Shown one piece after another: positions 26,909 to 39,329 of a stretch of 64,000 nucleotides of DNA (position 1 is its first letter; every line of letters starts with the position of its first letter). Both the position numbers and the translations under genes were made by a program. The notes below the pieces were generated by a model that worked only from the letters and a program-made list of their open reading frames with translations, had not been told where the DNA came from and did not search any database. Source of the stretch: Raillietiella orientalis (lineage: Eukaryota); assembly GCA_036172245.1 (NCBI GenBank), contig JAYWIR010000019.1, positions 3,596,001 through 3,660,000 of the forward strand, written 5' to 3'.

Positions 26909-27389
26909 GCAATCACACTTTCCACGTTTCGTGGAAAGTGTGATTGTATTTTAACGGTGCATCCCGAAGGGAAACGAACTGTTCGTGGTCTTGAATGACT
27001 CGTCTTAAGGAAAACTCCGAAACCCACTCAGTAGAGACGCGCCCAGGGGAAAGCTCGTTTTATTCTGTATGAGAGACGTAGAGAACTCGCAAAAATGCAA
27101 ATACGCTCGTGTTTCCGTCATACACACTTGCTTGACGAATGTAAAATGCACACATGAATGCCAGGTGCCATCTATTTCCAAATTCTCCTTCTGCAGAACC
27201 GTTTTTTTTATTTGAAGGGGAAAGAAAATCTGCATGTGCTGCAAATCACGACTTTCGCATGAAGAATTCGTGCTGCACTCTCTGTTCTTTTCATTTTGAA
27301 TGCTTTGAATCTTTGTTCCACTGATTATCTATGTATTGACATAGCGCCAAATACATTCATTGCATCCGTGAACCATCGGATGTCCATGA

Positions 27390-29330
27390 GCTGAAAGTGT
27401 GGTCCGAAACGAGAGACAAATCGTCACTTTTGTTTTGCCACAGATTTCATCCACTTCAATGGGGACGACCCTTTCCGGGGCTCCCTTTTCCTGCGAACTG
27501 GGAAGTGAGCCAAGATCGAATGGAATCATTCTCAGTTTTCGAGAATGCTCCATTGCTCATCAAAGTTCATGGAACACGGTAGTGCCAACCCTCCTTCCCG
27601 AGCACCTTTAGCGTCAGAAAGAATCACCGGGTGGAGTCAGGCGTCGGTCGGTGATTGCATTTATTACCTCTGTGCAGAATTCCGCTACAGAAGAACCTGG
27701 AGAGGGGCCCATTGACAACCACGTCCTCCGCCCGTAGCAGAAGGCATTCCTCGCATTTAGTGGAATCTGGAGGAGCAGAATTTTAATCTGCAAACTAGGG
27801 CTCAACGACTCCAGGAGATCCTCACAGGACCTGCGTGTTTCAATCTCTCACGAGAGTTGCATGGGACTCTGATAGATAATGAAGTGGGTAAGATCTTCGA
27901 AGGCATCTTCAAGAACCAGATGCACTCATGTTTGTGCGAGAGGAATCGCAAGCCATTAAGTACAGCCAGATTCCCAGCGAACTTAGCTCCCTGCTATTCA
28001 ACATGGCGACTGAGGAAACTATTACGCGAAAGATAGAAGTCGTTTGTAGGGAACGGGCATATGCGAACGATCCGGTGGTGTTGATGGAGGAGTCGTAGAA
28101 TGGACTTTGCGAGTGTTATGATCTCCTCCATGGTTTGGATCAAAAACCTACCAATCGAGCCCCACTGCACGTTGGAGATCACAAACCAAGAGGGACGCAG
28201 AAAATCACTTCCAACTTTCAGCAAATAATTGGAAAAAATGAGATCCTGGCATTGGATTTAGGCGGAGCGTACGAGCACCTGGAAAGCTGTCTGATTTGAA
28301 ATTATTTCCATCGAATCCCATCGAACAACAGATTATGGACAAAAGAAGTCTCAGTCATGGATTGCAGGTTGATCAACTGAGATGCCTGGATTCTATGAGA
28401 AACCTGCTTCTTTCATGGACCGGTACGCAAGCTGCTGAGAATATTCAAGAAGGTGAAGAGAACGTTTATTATCGTTTGTCAAGCTGCCTGATGCTAACAG
28501 CATTTATTAGCATCAGGCAGCTAATGAAGAAATGCATCAATATACTAAAATGGAGTTCTCTAACGAATAAATCAATGGGATATCTCTGTCCTCTCGGTCT
28601 ACCCCTGACGAGGGTGATAACCTCTCTGTTGTTTCAAACAGTCGCTTCTCTGACACGTCAGTGCAGGATTCATCCCGAAGGACATTGCATTCGGCGGTGA
28701 AAAAACGGTTGCACGCATCACCAGCTGATGAAAACCCGGGAGATCTCATGTTTAGAACGATGGGCGGGAAATAGAACAAATGTAGCGGCGGCACTAGAAG
28801 CGTTTGGAAGGTGGCGAGGCAAGTGTCCAGAAGAATTAAGGCAGAATCAACGTTTGAAGAGATGGAGGAGAATTCCTAGATCGCATCCTCAACAGTTGCG
28901 TCATCTGCATTGGTGATTATGCAGTGGTATGGCGAGCTGCTGACGCAAGTCAAGGGTGCTATCCTGAAACACTGAGTTGGTCATCGGCAACTAGACCATG
29001 CCGGGAACAGATTCAAAGTTAATGCTGATCTAGTGGTCTATTACGAAGGGAAGGTGGTGAAATCGGACGTTGCTTGTCTCTATTCTTCAACAGCGGCTGG
29101 AAGAGACAAGACAGAAAGACACTCAGTATCGGATTCCTGCTCTGCTCCAAAAGTTGCTCGCGACCGTCATAAGTCCGCTGGAAACGGGAGATCCGAGAAA
29201 ATGTTAGAGAATTGAAAATTCTCAAGAAGCAGGAGGGAGCATCAGAAAAGAGATGTGCTCGAACACATAGTGTTTCGGGACATGTATTGGAAACACCGTA
29301 TGGTTCACTGCCCGTAATGAAGGAGCATTC
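27390..29330 (+). mobile_element. Decayed RLE-type non-LTR retrotransposon (RT-ZnF-RLE), NeSL/Utopia-like
   Basis: In order: SSWNTVVPTLLP, VLRP*QKAFL, LSSLLFNMATE, AYANDPVVL (AYADDLVL), ILALDLGGAYEHL, EFLDRILNSC, ADLVVYYEGKVVKSDVACLY (PD...D RLE) and RDMYWKHRM. Confidence 0.75.
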
Positions 29331-29999
29331 AAAGAACCGCAGAACTTGAAAAGAGGAAGGCGAAGGAGAAGATGGTGGTAACTTACCACCATCTGCTCAT
29401 ATCTCTTTTTTTACATTATTTCATTACAACAAATTTGGATCCAAATGCTCTCTTGTTTCCAATACGACACGAACGGGGAAAAAAAAAAATTGCCGAGAGA
29501 GCAAACCGAGCGTGTGCCCAAACTTTACTGGGAAATGCAGATCTCCGTACAACGCTGTCGTCTTAGGCGACGGGAAAATGGCGGCAGTCTCCGCGTAACA
29601 CGCAAAATTCATCCACAGCGTGTGGTTCGCTGTGGGTAAATTTCCGTTGTGTGGTGCAATGCCAGTTCAGCTGCATTTCAAAAGAATTCTATTTAAGCAA
29701 GCTGAATTTTCATTATTTTCTATCATTTTCGTAAGCAAAAACAGCGCAGGAAGATGCGTTTTTCATCGACGAGAATCATGGAGCTGAAACTGTAGAATTC
29801 AGATTATCAACGAAACTCGAAAAGCTTTTTCTTCCTCCTAGAAATCAAATATTAAATGAGCATTTTTAATTTTTCCTCCGTGTTTTCGAGCGAAAAAAAT
29901 GAATATTCATGCTAAGATAATATTTTAAGATACATTCCATGTCTTTTATGAATGCTATTGTGTTGTCCATGTATAACCCATAGGGCACGTGTAACGGGA

Positions 30000-31300
30000 A
30001 TCCGTATAGGGCAGAGCGGATAGATGGCGTTATACGGGGGTCTACTGTACAAACCAGCTACTTTTTCCATCACTTGGTCGAATGAAAAGTCCTGTTCCTT
30101 AGTTTGGCACACATTGCGAGGCATCGGAGAAAAACACGCGCAAGCACGCACACTCTTCTGAGGTGCTCGACCTAGATAGGTTGGCCTATTGGGCTCTAGC
30201 CTTCCTGTGTAGGCTGCCTGTTAGACGAACTGTTACGCCTGTATATCCACCTATCTGAGTTTGCGCTTTGGCTCCGATGGCTCAAATGTCTATTCGCTCC
30301 ACTTGCTTAGGAGAATTTTCTAACCATGAATCCTGATGTGACATCGAATTTCTTGCTGTCGTGGGTTCAAGACTTCCGCGCGGTTCCTCCAACGATGGAA
30401 CTGAAGCGTGTGAAATGGAAAGTCCCTGTCTTCAAGGGGTGCAGACATTTGACCTTGTGCTGAACCAGGCTCAACCAGCATCTTCGGTCGGACGGTACCG
30501 TGCTGCTGCTTTCGCTACCCAGGTAAGCTGAACGCGGTCTTCAAGATCTGAAGTTTGGGGGCATGGAGTTGCCATATGCACTCTGGATGCTGGAGAGATG
30601 TGACCCGAAGAGTTTATCGGCGCAGTTTTCGGGTACGGTGGAACACAGAACCAGCGTAACCAGATCAAACATGGATTTCAAACCAAGTCAGTCTTACACG
30701 GCTGTGGAATGATATTAATGATCCCGAATGGTTGTTTTTAAGGACGAAAAGAAGAGCGGTTGTTTGGAATGCACTTTTAAGAAGGGCAATTCTTTGCTGG
30801 TTGATTTTATTAGTTTCCTTGCAAAGAGAATTCGTCGTACTCTCGAAAAATATGTTAAGAACCCTCACTGTGAATAATGCTTGAAGCACTCTAAAATCAC
30901 GAAATCGATTTTCTTCCGGGGGAGACCAGGAGTGCATTCTTTATTTGCTGGGGAATCTAGACTGTTTGAACTCGTGGATTTAGAACACGAGATCAAGGTT
31001 CTCATCCGCGACTATAGCAAGTACCCGGAGTAAAACGCAGTTTTCCCAGGTCATCTAAAATAGCGCTGGGTAACCTTTTGCAGCGTAAGTTCGCCTAATC
31101 CGCTCAAGAAATATGGCGCCAAAGGAAATTTTCTAAAAAAGGAATGCCTACTCCTTGCATTTCAAATCCAGAATGTCCTTCAGTCGCTCCAGCAGAACAA
31201 CCAAGTCCTGGCGTTGCCGGTCCTGCGGATGGGCCCTCGGGAAAGGAACAAAAGAGAAAAATTCTCAACTTTCTCGTGTGGAGCGATTCTATTCGCAAAA
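30000..31300 (-). mobile_element. Decayed L1/Tx1-like RT-thumb fragment
   Basis: RVLAIVADE, VLNIFF and WVAKAAARYRPTEDAG (WV....LYxP...GG). Confidence 0.4.
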
Positions 31301-32199
31301 CATGAAGCAAAGGCAATTATGATGGGGGAGCACAAACATGAGAACTTTACGTAATTAACCTAACTAATTACTCATTTCTCGATTGGGTCGGAACTTCCAG
31401 ATTCATCGAATTTCGGTATTCCCAATTCGTTGTTGTCGAGTCGATTCGACGTGCCCTTTATATCGAGGCATAGAAAGGTCGTCGCCTTTCCCTCAGACCG
31501 TGCCTTGACCTTCCTTCAGACTTGATTCGATGGTCAAGAATTTCGATTTTTACGGCCTTCTTTGCTGCGTCGTACAAAAAAAAAAAAAAACCCAATTAAC
31601 CAAAGTGATACAAAACATTCACCAATTGGTTACTGACGATTGGAAATGCACGGTGACAAGATCTCCTCCTTCCTTTCCCGTGTTTACACCAGCACGGGCG
31701 GGACTGCAGATTAGCAGTTGGTCGTGCAGATTTACCGAATTTCGGCATTCCCGATTTGCTTGGTTTCCCATTGCAGCCGGGAACAGGGTCCCATTCTTAC
31801 ATCTCGCGGTCGTCGTTTCGGAGGGAAAGCCGTCCTCACCGCCACCCTACAGTTGCGTTTTTAAAGCGTGTAACTGTCTACGAGAGTATCCATCCATAGA
31901 AACGCGGGGTCCTGTAGAATCCTGTTAGTCCAAGCGGATCGTCAGTTTGCCAGCCAGGAAACTCCAGCGGGAAATTCGAGGGAGCCACCATCTCTGCTTG
32001 TGCCGAAAATGAAAGTGGAAGAAACGAGCGCAGTCCTGTTCACCTCTTTAAACGCTCCAAACCCGTTTTCAAGTTTGTCCCCAAGCTGCCGCCAGCCCCG
32101 TCACACGGGATGTCGGGTCCATTGGTTGCAGCGTGGAGAATGCGTGCAGTCCGCGTCGGGAAGCTGGTTCTGCCACAAATTGGGTTGAGTTTGAAAGGC

Positions 32200-33300
32200 A
32201 GAGACATCTTAATAGAGCGAGTTGATTAACTGCGTGGGACCCTGAAGCTTGATATCCAGTTCTGCTAAATGGGGAGTGAGAGAAATATTCGATCATAAAG
32301 CCGATCGTTCTTTTCCGCCTCAGAGCCCGAATAACTTTTTGTCTCCTTAATCTCTTGTTTGGGTTCCCAGAAACGTTTTCGGAATTTCACTTTTACCGGG
32401 CCATCTAACATGGGGGCAGCGCAGAAGGTGCTCCCATCCTGCCTCCAGTGCAGGGAAATTCGCGACAGCGAAGACCACGGACTTCCACGCATTTCTTTGC
32501 AGCGGAGGCTGCTGAATTCATCGTTGAGCACTGCACACGAAGATCTGCTTGACGGTCGCGATCCCGCGGCAGAGCACGAAATTTGCCCGATTCAGGCCTC
32601 TGGACTTCCATCCTTCTTCAGTAACGCTCCGAGACCTTTTTGTCGTGGCTGTGCAGCATTGCACCCACAAGTGTTCATGTGGCCATTTATAAATTGAGTA
32701 ATGCCAGCTCCGCTTCCTGGAACAAACCTTTCCCCCTGGCAGTGCCTTGAACCGGAATGCATCGACGTATTGCACAGAGGGATTCGTTCCTCGGTCCACT
32801 CCCTCCGTAAACACGGACAGCTGAGCTGTACCGGTGATGCCAGTCGCCTCGCCAACTGCCAAAGACAAGAAAACGCGGTTTTTGCTCTTCTCGGATGCAG
32901 AATCGATCCCGTCACTTCTCTCGGATGCAGTTGTGCGGAGGGAGCGAACACTTTCGAACAAATGAACCGCTGACATCTTAGCGGCTGGAATAAGGCATTC
33001 TTCAGCAAGCTCTCCTTCCGAGAGCAGCTCAACACCCTGGCAACGAGCTCACCGATCGCGTGACTCGCATGCACGATGCCGCGTTTATTGTCGATCCGAG
33101 GTTTCGTCCTCAGCCGCTGCTGCAGCCCCGGAGCGGCTGCTTCGAGCTACTACCCAGCTTCCTATGTCGATCTTCACCTGTAACGCTGTTCTCTTTGTAG
33201 AGCCCTCTCACAGATGAAGGAATTTGACGGCGAATTAATCGCATTTGGACAGCGATGAGGAGAAATGCCGCAGTCCAAACAGGATGAAACTTTCGGTGTT
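32200..33300 (-). mobile_element. Decayed LINE RT fragment
   Basis: ELVARVLS...CQRFI, RVFLSLAV and IPVQGTARG occur in RT domain order. Confidence 0.45.
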
Positions 33301-35379
33301 CATCACGAGAATTTCTTCCCATTAGCAATATATGACGTTACTCCGGGGGACCCCATTTACACTCATATGCAATGTTACATCGGGAATCTTGAAAGGGAAG
33401 GGACCCACGAAACAAAGTGCACCAAATTGAGTAGACTTCTTACGCGTAGCTTTCAAAACCAGCATTCGGTTCACTGGAGGACCCCGTTGAGTACTCGCGA
33501 GTTAATCACTTGGAATCGTTCGCTGTTTACTTTTAAATGGGTGAAGTGATAGATTTCCATGGGCGCGCCTTATAGTGGAATGATTAATCAAAATTTAGAA
33601 AAGATGTGCACGCCGTTTTGTAATTGATCTAAAACACAAACGGTCGATGGAATTCAGAAATGTTCCAATTACGTGATGCGACACCTTGAAGTGAGAGGAA
33701 TCCTTCAGAAGAAATGGATCCCACTGGAGATTCAGATGTGTGAAAAGGACCTGCGTTGAAACGAAAAAAAATGAATAAATCTGGTTATCAACTAAGTGAT
33801 GAATAAACAGAATGATACTTGATCAACATTGGCTTCCAATCTAGAGATCTGAGTCGAAGTTTTTTCGGATTTTCATTGCGGAGCAATAATGAGATCAGTT
33901 TGCAGGGAGAAAAGTTCTAGAAAACATCCTACTTGGAATTCGCCATTGCATGTCCCCAGCAAGTTCTTTTCTGGAGGCTTTACCCAAAGTCCACTGTCAC
34001 GATGAAAGAATCTTGAGGCATGTTTAGCATGTTTTTTTTTTTTTTTTTCCTTTTCCCCTGAACGAGTGAAAATGTCCAGAGATCACGGCTTCAAATCAAG
34101 TCCTCTCCAGCTTAGGAAACTTTATCACGGATTACTAAGCTTCCAGGATCGAGTAAGCCCTTCGAGGAACAACAAGCCTTTCTTTGTGTGTAGTGAAACC
34201 TGAACCACATCCATATCCAGCTGATTAACACGGAAGTACAGTGCAGTGTGTGTGCCCTTCGAGGCTGCTTCTCGTGGGGCGTTGCGGATGCGTTGATCAA
34301 GTAGACCGGAATGGCGCTGTGCTTTCCTTTCTGGCACATCTGAGTGCATCATTGGCATGAAAATAGCCCGGGTCCATCTGATGCATTCTCTTGAGGTTCT
34401 GTGGCTTACGAATTCCAAAGTCGTATTTCCCTTCTATCATTATGCATTATGAACATCTTGAAACCCCACTGCTAAAGATTCAGCACTTCTGTGTGCCATC
34501 CCCCCAGAGAATTGTAAATCATTTCCTTGTCATTCCTTGTGAATTGCTCGGAGTGAGAAGGGGTGAGCGACTTTCATCGATTTCTTTCATTGAAATGTCC
34601 TCACGCCTTTCTGGCGAGGCTGCGCCCGAACCAACTTCACACGGATAATGGTCCTCGTGGTGATATTCAGCTCCATGAAACCGCAGGCCATTTCTGCGTA
34701 AGATGATAAAGATCACAGTTTTGTATCACAATGAGAAATGTCCTACCACTGCAGGATTACTGTTTCACCTTCGCTTTCCTGTCCTGTGTTTTTGAGGAAA
34801 AAATTGCTTCAAATTTTGGTATGAGTTTTATTCTTCGTTTCTTCCCAAAGCTTTCAGCGTCGCATAAATAATGAGGCTTTCTATCATAGATTCAGCTGAA
34901 TAAATGGTCCTCTAAGATACTCAGCAAATCCAATAAGAAATCCAAATAAGGTTAGAAAAGTGATCTTGAGTACCTCCATATTCTACCCTGAATACGCCAC
35001 TTCTTGACGAAGCAGCAAGAAAGGTCCAAAGCATTGTGCGGCAGTGACTTCATGGTGCAGCACACACTTGAACTATGGACCTATTATAGGCACAGAATTC
35101 TGTAACAGCCACGATTCCAGCCATGACAGAGATGATAATTTACGACTGAAACGTCTTGCATATAGCGCTTTGCCAAGGAAAAGCTCGTGGCAGGGAATCT
35201 CCTGATACATGATGCAGTAAAACTGCATGAGGTTTGCAGCATTTGATGTCAACCCCTCTCCACTGACTTGCATTCACATCGATTCCTTTCCGTGTCTCCC
35301 TTAGCATCAGTTGTAATACTTTTTAATCCATTTCTGCTCAGGTTCTGCAGCTTGCTTGCTTTTCTTTCTTTCTTTCTTT

Positions 35380-37500
35380 TTTGGCATCTATTCGAAGGCT
35401 ACAGAGGATACGTAATCTCCAGAGACAGGGGTGCAGTATCTGGAAATTTATGGCTCTGATAAAGAGAAGCCAACATTGGTCCTCAGTCCTTGTTCAACCA
35501 GTTGAGATGAATTGTGAACCCCCTTCCATATCTCCAACGTACCCTGTAATTATAAACACAGATGAGCTGAAAAATCTTGATACAGGACAACTTATTGAGT
35601 TTAACTCCCCTATTATACTTTCTCCATGGACCTCAGAAAACTCCAGTCAGTGAAACATCTTCCGCCCAAATCAAAGTTAGTGATGCGACATCTGTCCTGC
35701 AGAAGTATCGGAGTCTCCTTGGACGAAGACTATCTTGTTCGAGAGCTCCACCCTCGAAAGCATCGGTGGACGTCGTGACGAGCTGCAGGTTGCGCCTCCA
35801 CACTTCAGTCTTGAAACTGGGAGATAATTCTATTCATATATCAGACCGACTCTTTGTTCCTGAAAGACGAAAAGTAGCTATCAGCTCATTCACTATTCAA
35901 CATGCATCGTTAGTTCATCGGCGCCTCTTCAGAGCAGATGTTTTCTGTTTAATGCATTCTGTTTCTTCTTATTATTGTCCTCCTTCTTTTTAGGGAATTT
36001 GGTAGATCTGGGGATCAAGGATCCACTCCAAAACAGTAGAGGACTAACGAAATGAACCAGGCTGAAGCAGTGGGGTCGGCATCGAGATGGGATCGAGTAT
36101 TTCTGCCCATAGCAGAAACGATTTTCTGATAGCTTCTAAGCAACAAAAGCGTTGATTTCTCTCATACGAGTATGGAAAGGAGATGAATGGCAGTATGAAA
36201 GGAAGGGCTCTTCAGCATTAGAGCGTCGTCAGACCGATTAGCTTGATCTGCGCCAAAAGGCCATTACAAGCTAAAGGAGATGACGATATACTGTGAATTT
36301 TAACCATATCGTGACTGTTTTTTTTTTTTTTTTTCCTCCGAAAGGAATCCAGAAAGGCGAATTCCAGGTTCTCAAGTCCAGATGCAGCGGACTGGTCAAG
36401 CTTAGACATCAGCTGAGTAATGAAACTCTCAAAACAGATGTTTGTTGTTGTTGTTGCTGCTGCTGCTGCTGCAGTTTTGTTCGTGTGTTTAAACAAATTC
36501 CTAAACTCTGCGTCCAGTTTCTGACTGCAATGCCGAAAGCGACTGCTGAAAAATGTTTTTTCATATGGAAGAAATACGCAAAAGCACCTGGGACGACATC
36601 GAACATTCAGGAATACGGAAAAAATAACCCAATAGCGCAAGCTTTTGCCCAACAAATCCTGGACTTTTGACAGAATTTGCGGTTTCGGATAAAATCCATC
36701 TCGAAGAATCCCTTAATCCTGACGCTGACTGGGGTGTTTCTGATCTGTATTAGAGAACTGTCTTCCGCGGAACTTCATTCACAGTTTCCTCGCTGCAAGA
36801 TAGAGGACTCTCCTCTGGTGATCCTTTACTTGGAAATTACGATATCTACGGGTTTCCAGATTCGACTCTACAATTTGTACCCAGTAGAAATTGGTTCGTG
36901 GCAATTCATCGAAAATGGTTTTCCTGAGACATCCCAGAAAAGATCAGGATTTTTAAACCGTGTCCGGCGATTTCTCTTACGCTACGCGGAAGTAATCGAT
37001 TGTTCTTTCGAAAGTTTCATTGGAAAAAATAACTCCAGCTTCGAGGATTAGCCCTTGCTTTCTTCTTATAGAAATACTTGTTGGCAATTCCAGGACGCTA
37101 TTGGAGGCACTCAACCAGGCAGGAGGAAGCATAATGTGGTCTTCTGACATTGAGTTACGAATCATACTCTCACTTTCGTAGCAACTCGTCCAGTTTTTGA
37201 GTGAGTTTCCAGCCGACAGCCTTGGGTTCGATGATCCGGTGCCAAGAAAATGAAAACATCTTCGATGATAGTGAATCTCATCTGAAAACGATCACTGATA
37301 AAAACCGATAGTCCGGTCACGAAGCTGTTACATTACGTGTGCCTCTTGGCAACGCTGAGCCGAGGAATACCCGAGCACCTGTGAATCATTCGTGGAGTCA
37401 TGAGATGGTAAACATTGAGCAAACAGAAACCAAGCAGAATCCTGAAGTCGTTTAGGGGGAGAGAAACAAGGACGTTCGCGAAAAATGTGCTGTCCTTGTG
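35380..37500 (-). mobile_element. Decayed LINE ORF2 (APE end, linker, RT)
   Basis: SEDHIML (SDH), LVTTSTDAFEGG (Q.AF..GR), DWSFL and LLFIRAI. Confidence 0.4.
36442..36472. repeat. Compound (TTG)n(CTG)n microsatellite
   Basis: Read directly; it explains the poly-C/Q/A runs in the ORF track. Confidence 0.9.
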
Positions 37501-39329
37501 ATGCGCAGAGGCTCCTCACGTGTGACCTCTTAGGATCGTAACTCTCCTCCGGGGAAACTTTATGGAGTGTGATGATTCCCTCTAAGTGTTCCAGGGTTCT
37601 GTGTACCCGATGCTCTTGACAGATGAGACTTCCTCCGTGGAAACCTTTCTCTTCCCCTCCCCCGTTGTTCCGCTTTCATTCCAGAAAAAAAAAAAAAAAA
37701 TGAAGAGAAACTCTCCGAGTGCTTCCCTTTTATTTGCCAATATTTCATCATTTCTCACTTGTCGCCTTCCTGCACCCTCGAAATGAGGATTCATTTCGAA
37801 AATGCCTTCATTCCGCACAAAACGCATTCTCAGCCACAATTAAATCATCCAAAGTTCTGCTTTCTCCTTAAACGCACGCTCGGCTTAAAGTAGTGCTTCC
37901 AAATTTTTTTTTCCCCTACCCTTGCTCGTTTTGCTTTTCCTTTGGGGGGGGGGGGGGGGTCTCAGTTCCGCCGCTGAGCTCCTAATTTGCTCTGCTGGCA
38001 AAATCGAAATCATTAAGCATTGCGAGTTATTATTCAAATAATGAAAGCCATGTAAGGATTTTTCTCCATTTGTGGAATGTGAAGGGAACGATTCTTCTTA
38101 TTTTTTTTTTTTCCCCGAAAACGTTAGAAAGTGCGAAGTCGGTACACATCCCCGATAAGTTGTCTGTTTCCTCCCTTGCACATGTTGTCGTCAATGGACC
38201 TCACGCATTTTTGTTTTTTTTTTTTCCTTCTTAGATGATTTGCAGTAAGTGTACTTGGTGTTTCGTTTCTATCATATGTTCGAATTGAAGACAGAGAAGA
38301 GAGAGAGAGTCACGATAATAATTTTCTAACTTGGTAGATCTTAAATGAAATTCAATTCAACATCGCTCTAAGAGTGAAAGCGGATTTTTTCAGGCTCTGC
38401 ATGCGCCAGTCGCGCCAAATATGAAGTGTGGAGCCACGTTTCGAATATAGGTAGACTGTCACGAAAACACAAAAAACCTATGATGAGCTGCAAAGAGGGA
38501 ATATGAAATACCAATGGCGACAAAAAACGATGTCAACCTTCAAATAAATAAGGGAATGGGGGTTACCATGGATAGCCCTTTACGTTTTGAAAATCAAAGA
38601 AAACGTTGAGGCTCAAATGCTCTCATAACTTACCCCATGACTCCAAAAGTTCCGATAGGAAATAAAAAACATTATTACTTTCAATCCTTTGCTTGCCACC
38701 ATTGCCCTATTAAAAACGAGAACCTATGAATGCCTAGGTACATGTAATTTTCCTAAGCACGCTGTCAGGTCATCCTAACCAGTAGATAACTGATGCTTGT
38801 GACTTGGTTTCCAACTTCGTTTCAGGAAAACGATTATCATCAGTAATAACGAAGCACTGCCTATTTTCCATTTCTATCGGCCCGACACGCCATCCATATA
38901 TTAGGAGCAGCTCTTCGATGGGAGTATTCCCACCAAAGCTCTGAACGGAAAGCACATCCATCTAATAGTGTCTTCCCAGTTCCCTTCCAAACCTTGGAAT
39001 TCATTTCCATCCTTCTTTGTCATCTATGTCCAGCTGATTGCTTCCGATCCTATCTGGAACAGCGATCCAATTCAGATTGCTTTAGCAGCTGTTCGTTTGA
39101 ATTTCTTCTTCTTTACTGAGAAACCTCTGAAATTTCCATCCAGGACCTCGTCAGATATTTGATGCTCCAAGTATTGGATGTAACACCCTTTTATTGGAAG
39201 AGATTTTGAAAGGATATTACTGTTCAGCAGCCAAATGTAGCCAAAATTGCAAAAAAAAAAATTTATAAGTATGCTGATTACGGCTTCTTCTTGGTTGTTG
39301 CAGGTTCGTCGACATCAGTTTAAGGGCGG

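Noticed and set aside
36293..36670. Poly-Cys / poly-Gln ORFs
   Set aside because: These are products of a trinucleotide microsatellite inside a decayed LINE.
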